A program made the translations under genes and the position numbers. Below the pieces are notes generated by a model. The model did no database searches and was not told where the DNA came from. It saw only the letters and a program-made list of their open reading frames with translations. This document shows, piece after piece, positions 7,533-12,514 of a stretch of DNA of 40,543 bases. Numbering within the stretch: position 1 is the stretch's first letter; each line of letters begins with the position of its first letter. Source of the DNA: a virus; the IMG/VR virus record IMGVR_UViG_3300002460_000077, positions 1 through 40,543 of that record; one strand, written 5' to 3'.

Positions 7533-7703
7533 TTATGCGAAGTTTAGAAAGTCAAGCTCAGTGCCAACATGGAAAAGCTTCTTTCTCCTTGGGAATAGTT
7601 TTTTGCTCATTTTCCTCACAGACTGTCCCTTCCACTTACATCTGGTTTTTAGAAAATCATTGGCTTCTTTTCTCGTTGCAAACGCTCTGCCGAAAACTGA
7701 CAT
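7533..7703 (-). CDS. Hypothetical basic protein, 56 aa (not in the supplied track)
   Basis: Strong GGGAGGAAATAAAATG start; MSVFGRAFATRKEANDFLKTRCKWKGQSVRKMSKKLFPRRKKLFHVGTELDFLNFA. Confidence 0.55.
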   Translation of the reverse strand: MSVFGRAFATRKEANDFLKTRCKWKGQSVRKMSKKLFPRRKKLFHVGTELDFLNFA

Positions 7704-7704
7704 T

Positions 7705-7848
7705 TTATTTCCTCCCTGCTAGGAATTTCTCAACCAACTCCACAAGAACCTCCGTTACATTCTTGTCAGCTCTTGCCGCCGCGATCCGGAGCTTCCGCTT
7801 TGTGGGCAAGGTTAGCCGGAAGCACGTTACACCAGTTTCCTCTTTCAT
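7705..7848 (-). CDS. Ribbon-helix-helix (Arc/CopG-like) DNA-binding protein, first gene of the leftward operon
   Basis: FRLTLPTKRKLRIAAARADKNVTEVLVELVEKFL fits a beta-strand plus two-helix RHH layout; GGAGGGAG SD before the ATG at 7848. Confidence 0.65.
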   Translation of the reverse strand: MKEETGVTCFRLTLPTKRKLRIAAARADKNVTEVLVELVEKFLAGRK

Positions 7849-7890
7849 ATCTCCCTCCGTAATTATTGTTTTGTGATACAGTATGCTCAT

Positions 7891-7919
7891 AAGTTACCAC
7901 GGGGAAATTTCCTTGTCAA
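7891..7919 (-). promoter_or_regulatory. Putative leftward promoter (TTGACA-17-TAACTT)
   Basis: Upstream of the RHH gene; the -35 is embedded in the same 17-nt motif as at 5350-5366. Confidence 0.4.
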
Positions 7920-7953
7920 ACTTTATTTTTGCCTTGTTGGAAAACTTTTTGTG

Positions 7954-7982
7954 TTGACAATGTGGCGTTTTTTCTGTAGGCT
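7954..7982 (+). promoter_or_regulatory. Putative rightward promoter (TTGACA-17-TAGGCT)
   Basis: Consensus -35, 17-nt spacer, about 20 nt upstream of the first plus-strand gene. Confidence 0.45.
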
Positions 7983-8000
7983 GTGAGAAAGGAGAAAATC

Positions 8001-8207
8001 ATGGACCCCAAAGAAACCGTTATCGCAATGTGCCTTGCCGATATGGCACAAGCAACAGCATGGCTAAATTTCACCACCGCGCAAGCTAACCACGATTTGC
8101 AACGACATGGAGAGTGGAGATGTGACTACGCCATGCAAGCCAGTTCATTTCAGGGCGATTTCGACAAGGCTGGCCGTGAACTAATGAAGCACTCAGCCAC
8201 AAAATAA
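8001..8207 (+). CDS. Hypothetical protein, 68 aa
   Basis: ATG at 8001 with an AAGGAG SD; the track start at 7983 is GTG inside the SD region. Confidence 0.6.
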   Translation: MDPKETVIAMCLADMAQATAWLNFTTAQANHDLQRHGEWRCDYAMQASSFQGDFDKAGRELMKHSATK

Positions 8208-8241
8208 TGATGCAGGCCGGGGAAAGCCCGGCAAAGAGTTA

Positions 8242-8321
8242 AGGGCGGCGGTGGTTCAACTCCACCCCGGCGCATTTGGCCGATTGGTGACGGATGAGAG
8301 GGTTCGACTCCCTCCCGCCCT
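8242..8321 (+). ncRNA. tRNA-like cloverleaf with non-canonical D and anticodon loops (not a standard decoding tRNA)
   Basis: 7-bp acceptor-type stem AGGGCGG/CCGCCCT; canonical T arm GAGGG-TTCGACT-CCCTC; tRNA-like spacings 2/1/0 nt. The D position holds GTGG-TTCAACT-CCAC and the anticodon loop is GCATTTG. Confidence 0.5.
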
Positions 8322-8348
8322 TTTACAGATTAAAACAGGAGAAAGATT

Positions 8349-8495
8349 ATGCCGCCAGATGATATCCCCGAAGATAAAGAATTGTCATACCCTTGCGAGT
8401 GCGGGGGAAATATTACTAAAGACCCAAAACAGGGCAACCAGTGGCAGTGCGATAATTGTAACTGGATGCCAGCGCCGACGGGCCAAGATAAATGA
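8349..8495 (+). CDS. Zinc-ribbon protein, 48 aa (not in the supplied track)
   Basis: AGGAGA SD; MPPDDIPEDKELSYPCECGGNITKDPKQGNQWQCDNCNWMPAPTGQDK; ATGA-coupled to the next ORF. Confidence 0.6.
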   Translation: MPPDDIPEDKELSYPCECGGNITKDPKQGNQWQCDNCNWMPAPTGQDK

Positions 8496-8686
8496 AAAAG
8501 ATACCCAAGACAATCCAGGTTGACGCATACCTAAATGATGAGTGGAGGCCGATATGTGGTGGTTGCCATTTCCTTGCGGGATGCGAAGATACCATCTACA
8601 GCATGGCCGCAGGGAAAGCACCCGGCCCCAACTGCCCTATCTGGCACAAGCAAGACGACACAGGAGCGGAGGACGAGGGTGAATAA
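8492..8686 (+). CDS. Cys-rich hypothetical protein, 64 aa
   Basis: ATG-coupled; CGGCH...C...C pattern. Confidence 0.55.
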   Translation: MKKIPKTIQVDAYLNDEWRPICGGCHFLAGCEDTIYSMAAGKAPGPNCPIWHKQDDTGAEDEGE

Positions 8687-8688
8687 CT

Positions 8689-9213
8689 ATGGTCACACAG
8701 GAAAGACTGAAAGAGTTGTTTGATTACATTGATGGTCATCTGGTCTGGCAAATATCGAGGGGCGGGGTTAATGTTGGTGATATAGCCGGAAGCTTGAGCC
8801 ATGGATATGTGCAAGTAAAAATCAACAATGTGAATTATAGAGCGCATCGCCTTATCTGGCTTTGGCACTATGGGTATTTGCCGGAGAATGATATTGACCA
8901 CTTGAATCGAATTAAGGCAGACAACCGCATTGAAAACTTACGTGAGGTTGGGGATGTTTGTAATCAACGCAACACCACCAACCACTCAACCAATACAAGT
9001 GGGGTTAAGGGTGTTTGCTGGAATGCGAAAGCAGGTAAGTGGCATGCAAACATCATGGTAAATGGTAAACAATATTACTTGGGCTATCATTTGGACTTTT
9101 TTGAGGCAGTTTGCCATAGACTTGCTGGAGAGCAATCCCTTGATTGGAGTGGTTGCGATGATTGCTCCCCGGCTTTACAGCATATTAGGAAGGAGATAAC
9201 CAATGTGCGATAA
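8689..9213 (+). CDS. HNH homing endonuclease with an AP2-type DNA-binding domain
   Basis: IDHLNRIKADNRIENLR (HNH_3-type) followed by SGVKGVCWNAKAGKWHANIMVNGKQYYLGYH (AP2-like). Confidence 0.85.
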   Translation: MVTQERLKELFDYIDGHLVWQISRGGVNVGDIAGSLSHGYVQVKINNVNYRAHRLIWLWHYGYLPENDIDHLNRIKADNRIENLREVGDVCNQRNTTNHSTNTSGVKGVCWNAKAGKWHANIMVNGKQYYLGYHLDFFEAVCHRLAGEQSLDWSGCDDCSPALQHIRKEITNVR

Positions 9214-9559
9214 ACAAACGCGGAAAAAGATGCTTGAAATAGACTGTTGCGCGGCCTGCCCATTTCAAGGATATAACGGAGCAAAACCTATGTGCTTCAA
9301 GACCAAAGAAACACTGGACAGCGTAGATACCCCGCCACCAGTCTCATGCCCCCTACCAGACAAAGCCGGGTGGTTGCCAATTGAGGCGGAAGACCTAGCC
9401 GTTACTGGTTATTATTGGTGGTTGCCAGAATGCTCAAGCGGCAATTCTGACGAGCCAAGCAATTGGACCATTATCGCATGGCATCCGCAAGACACCAGCG
9501 TGGCCCGTAGCGGTGTCTTTGTTGGCCCCATCCCATCACCACCGGAGACAATGGAATGA
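9203..9559 (+). CDS. Hypothetical protein, 118 aa, N-terminal Cys cluster
   Basis: Strong AGGAAGGAGA SD; CCAACP...C motif; the C-terminal GWLPIEAED...YYWW is faintly DUF551-like. Confidence 0.6.
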   Translation: MCDKQTRKKMLEIDCCAACPFQGYNGAKPMCFKTKETLDSVDTPPPVSCPLPDKAGWLPIEAEDLAVTGYYWWLPECSSGNSDEPSNWTIIAWHPQDTSVARSGVFVGPIPSPPETME

Positions 9560-9828
9560 ACGAGGACTCGAAGACAGAGTATGGGGAAAAGTGCGAGTGC
9601 GACGAGCTGCGAGACAAAATCAGGAACAAATCGGAGCTTTGTCGGGTGTGTGGGTCTGATGCAGAGGCTCAAATAAAAGCACTTGAAGAGGCCAGAGAGT
9701 ACAAGTATGCCACGCTCGGTGAGGCATGGAACCAAGATGCTATGGTAGAGTTAGGGTTAAACACCGATAGCTGTGCAATAGGTTTTATCTCAGGATTTAA
9801 CGCAGCCCGTGAACTAAAGGAGAAATAA
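9556..9828 (+). CDS. Hypothetical protein, 90 aa
   Basis: ATGA-coupled; CECD...CRVCG. Confidence 0.55.
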   Translation: MNEDSKTEYGEKCECDELRDKIRNKSELCRVCGSDAEAQIKALEEAREYKYATLGEAWNQDAMVELGLNTDSCAIGFISGFNAARELKEK

Positions 9829-10151
9829 TGGAACACTTTCTATGCCCCACCTGTGGGCCTCATGTTCGTGCCGATGAAGACGGTTGCTGTGCCACTTGCG
9901 GGCGCGATACAATTACAGAAAAGTGTGGATGCATCCCCCCCAAGCAAACAGGCAGGAAAACCGTGTACAAATTCGCGGACCTGCTCAAGCTGAAAAAGAA
10001 GTTTTACAAGGCCGATGCTAAAAAGATAGGGAATATTAAGTCGTGTGCCTCGATATGGGCGAAAAAGAATGGGGTTGTAGTTACTACTCGGATCGGGAAG
10101 TATCGCGGGAAGGATGGTATCTGGGTTTATCTGGTAGAAAATGAGGCATGA
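9828..10151 (+). CDS. Zinc-ribbon protein, 107 aa
   Basis: CPTCG...CCATCG; TAATG-coupled start. Confidence 0.55.
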   Translation: MEHFLCPTCGPHVRADEDGCCATCGRDTITEKCGCIPPKQTGRKTVYKFADLLKLKKKFYKADAKKIGNIKSCASIWAKKNGVVVTTRIGKYRGKDGIWVYLVENEA

Positions 10152-10303
10152 AAGTAAACGCCAGCGATTGCAAGTGCAACAAGTGCGGAGAACAAGCCGT
10201 TGCGTTTTGGCCGTGCATCGACCCAGACATAAGGAGTTTCCCGTGGTGCCGGGTATGTTTAACGGTGGCGCAGAATGAACTACTTTTTTCTATGGCTGAA
10301 TAA
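10148..10303 (+). CDS. Cys-rich protein, 51 aa (not in the supplied track)
   Basis: ATGA-coupled; MKVNASDCKCNKCGEQAVAFWPCIDPDIRSFPWCRVCLTVAQNELLFSMAE. Confidence 0.5.
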   Translation: MKVNASDCKCNKCGEQAVAFWPCIDPDIRSFPWCRVCLTVAQNELLFSMAE

Positions 10304-10307
10304 AACA

Positions 10308-10372
10308 GCGCCCCGCGACTAATCTGAGGGGAAAAGTCCGGGGCGCACCATTAGCCGGGAGAGGGCGGCTAA
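10308..10372. terminator. Convergent (bidirectional) terminator region, two GC-rich hairpins
   Basis: GCGCCCCGCGACT...AGTCCGGGGCGC (12 bp with one bulge) and TTAGCCG...CGGCTAA (7 bp) between the plus-strand island and the minus-strand endolysin stop. Confidence 0.6.
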
Positions 10373-10380
10373 ATTATGAT

Positions 10381-10758
10381 TTAAGAATTTCGCTGGAAGT
10401 GTGGCACATCCTTGAACGCGTCTTCTTTCGTCCAATCATGATCGAAGTTGCCACCCCATCGGTTCTTTGGGTTGAGTGATTCCCAAAACTTGCCAAGCGG
10501 TGCCAGGATGTCCCGCGCCTTGATTGCCGGGAGCCCGTTGATCCAGACACCATCCTTGAAAAAGTTGAGATCAATAGCCAGCTTCTTGAGGTGCAAGCTG
10601 TTCATTGTCTTGGATTTCCCGGTTTTCACATAGATTGCCTGCTGATCCTCGGTGCGCAGCATCTCCCCTGCTGTCCGCTGGAACCCAAGCCGCTTGCTTT
10701 CAACCAGCAGCTTTGCGACGTCATCCAAGAAAGCGTCTTGTTCTGTTACCAGTCCCAT
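10381..10758 (-). CDS. Endolysin, peptidase M15 family (L-alanyl-D-glutamate / D-Ala-D-Ala peptidase type)
   Basis: Zinc-ligand pattern SLHLKKLAIDL (H-x6-D) and WGGNF...DVPHFQ; last gene of the lysis cassette. Confidence 0.8.
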   Translation of the reverse strand: MGLVTEQDAFLDDVAKLLVESKRLGFQRTAGEMLRTEDQQAIYVKTGKSKTMNSLHLKKLAIDLNFFKDGVWINGLPAIKARDILAPLGKFWESLNPKNRWGGNFDHDWTKEDAFKDVPHFQRNS

Positions 10759-10761
10759 AAA

Positions 10762-11124
10762 TTACCCCATCGCCTCTTTTTTGTTTTTCCCGGACCAGAA
10801 CGCAGGGCCTCCGCAAATCTTAACGGCTTGATAATACTCCCTGGCCCGAAGTATTCTTGGCCTCTTTAGCCACCACCACCCACCGTCAATCAGCCGCAGC
10901 ATGTTGTTGAGGAAAACACGGTCAGCCTCTTCCTTGTCGGCCAAGATAGTGCCTACCCCGTACATCCAATCGTGGATATTGCAGGCAGTGGTTATCCGTA
11001 GCCCCCAAATAGTATCAGGTACAAGAATCCCAATAATCCCCCTCGTCCCACATCCGTTAACCAATTCAGCGCGGGCTACGTCAGAGAGCAACCAATATTG
11101 TTCAGGCGCGTATAGTTCAGCCAT
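10762..11124 (-). CDS. DUF1353-family protein
   Basis: ACNIHDWMYG...ADRVFLNNM resembles the DUF1353 core; the ATG shares its A with the upstream TGA. Confidence 0.55.
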   Translation of the reverse strand: MAELYAPEQYWLLSDVARAELVNGCGTRGIIGILVPDTIWGLRITTACNIHDWMYGVGTILADKEEADRVFLNNMLRLIDGGWWWLKRPRILRAREYYQAVKICGGPAFWSGKNKKEAMG

Positions 11125-11279
11125 CACAGCACCGGCAAGCCCAGGGTAGCCGTGGGATCAGAAACGGTTACGGTCTTGGTGTTGTACAGATACACCGTGC
11201 CGCCGTTTGATACCGTCACCGTTTGCGTAGCGCATCCGGCCAGGCTAAGTAATACCACCACGCAAATAATTGTTTTCAT
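11124..11279 (-). CDS. Small lipoprotein, 51 aa, o-spanin-like candidate (not in the supplied track)
   Basis: MKTIICVVVLLSLAGC canonical lipobox; ATGA-coupled to the ferredoxin-like ORF. Confidence 0.55.
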   Translation of the reverse strand: MKTIICVVVLLSLAGCATQTVTVSNGGTVYLYNTKTVTVSDPTATLGLPVL

Positions 11280-11473
11280 CGTACAGCCTCCACGCTAAGA
11301 GCAGTTAATCTGCAAGAATCCACAGCCAGCAAAAGGGCCAGCGGGGATATGTTATTGTTGCCGAGGTTTACCAGCAGGGTGCCGTCCGTAGCCCTTTCAA
11401 GCAAATCAGGAAGATGATCTTGGCAAGCCCCGCAACCAGTGCATTTCATGGTGTTGATTTTTACCTGTATCAT
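11276..11473 (-). CDS. Small single-cluster ferredoxin-like protein (CxxCxxC...C), 65 aa
   Basis: MIQVKINTMKCTGCGACQDHLPDLLE..DGTLLV....AVDSCRLTALSVE matches the layout of about 60-aa [3Fe/4Fe-4S] ferredoxins; AGGGGG SD before the ATG at 11473. Confidence 0.55.
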   Translation of the reverse strand: MIQVKINTMKCTGCGACQDHLPDLLERATDGTLLVNLGNNNISPLALLLAVDSCRLTALSVEAVR

Positions 11474-11493
11474 GCCGCGCCCCCTGCTGTTTT

Positions 11494-11709
11494 TCACGGA
11501 GAGGAAAGCCCCCGCTTAATTGAGCCAAGCTCTGGATGCTGCAAGGCGCAACGCCCCTGCAACTCCTCAATAGCGGACTTCTCTTCCGCTCGCCACTTGT
11601 CGAACCAATCCATTTTATTCGATATTCGTGCCAAAAATATGTTTACGCCGAGCAACAAAATAACGCATGAGCCACCAAAAAGATACCACCCAAGCTGTTC
11701 TACCGTCAT
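11494..11709 (-). CDS. Single-pass membrane protein, 71 aa (holin or i-spanin candidate)
   Basis: N-terminal TM WYLFGGSCVILLLGVNIFLA followed by a charged helical tail; ATGA-coupled. Confidence 0.5.
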   Translation of the reverse strand: MTVEQLGWYLFGGSCVILLLGVNIFLARISNKMDWFDKWRAEEKSAIEELQGRCALQHPELGSIKRGLSSP

Positions 11710-12428
11710 TTTGCTGCTCCATTCAATAACCGCATTGCGTAAATACCGGGGATATAGTCACACCATCGCGGCGCATATCCCGGCCCTAATTTTTTGAGAA
11801 CATGCCTGATTGCCCAGACGCATTTTGTGCCTGGGAATCTAGGCTGCCCAACAATATCATCTAGCATTTCCTCTATCTCTGGGGATAACTCGATGCCGGT
11901 ATCAACGGCGATATTCATTGAAAGCACGATAGCCCCACCAGGATAGAGCGCAAACCTACCGCCACTGCGCGTAAATGACCACGCCTGCCCACACGCACAA
12001 ATAGAAACGGAATCAGCAGGGCGGCCCACTAGCGCCTTAATTACGGCATAGGTGGTTTGGGGCCGGTGAAACAAAATAAAAATATTCCGGCCCTGTACCT
12101 TGTCGCCCTGTACGTAGTAGCTTCTTTTCGCTGTATGGATAAACCAGGCAGAAAAGCCAATGAATATCGGCCATGAAGAATCAAAACCCCACATTTGCCA
12201 CATAACCTGACCGGCCAAGTCTATCCACGCGGCGATGCAAAACAGGGCCACAAGGGAACGATAAAACAAAGCCCTGCCTTTTGTCTCTGCAAGCAGGGCT
12301 TGTAGGACAAACGCCATAGTCATGTATTTTGCCATGAGTGCAAGCTCCCAAACGCCGCGTTCTGATAAAAACGGGTTCAGGATATGCTCTATGCAAACGA
12401 CATAGACTATGGCGATTATCCACAGCAT
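11706..12428 (-). CDS. Membrane protein with about 4 N-terminal TM helices and a C-terminal globular domain, 240 aa
   Basis: Hydrophobic N-terminal half; ATG at 12428 (the track start at 12431 is GTG); heads the lysis cassette. Confidence 0.6.
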   Translation of the reverse strand: MLWIIAIVYVVCIEHILNPFLSERGVWELALMAKYMTMAFVLQALLAETKGRALFYRSLVALFCIAAWIDLAGQVMWQMWGFDSSWPIFIGFSAWFIHTAKRSYYVQGDKVQGRNIFILFHRPQTTYAVIKALVGRPADSVSICACGQAWSFTRSGGRFALYPGGAIVLSMNIAVDTGIELSPEIEEMLDDIVGQPRFPGTKCVWAIRHVLKKLGPGYAPRWCDYIPGIYAMRLLNGAAK

Positions 12429-12502
12429 CACACCAGCCTGCCCTTTTTAGGGTTGCGGGGAGGGGTTGATGCTGACTTCTTGGGTTTTGGTGATCCGGCC
12501 AT
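12428..12502 (-). CDS. Possible 24-aa highly basic peptide (MAGSPKPKKSASTPPRNPKKGRLV)
   Basis: Strong AAGGAGAATCACAATG start; stop overlaps the next ATG; very short, so uncertain. Confidence 0.3.
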   Translation of the reverse strand: MAGSPKPKKSASTPPRNPKKGRLV

Positions 12503-12514
12503 TGTGATTCTCCT

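Noticed and set aside
8216-8232. GC hairpin GCCGGG-gaaag-CCCGGC as an intrinsic terminator after the first island gene
   Set aside because: It has no downstream U tract on the plus strand and the operon continues. It is more likely a processing or stability hairpin flanking the tRNA-like element.
8251-8523. 90-aa plus-strand ORF (and the antisense 8385-8621)
   Set aside because: It has a non-ATG start inside the tRNA-like structure and crosses two better-supported, SD-preceded and coupled ORFs (8349-8495, 8492-8686).
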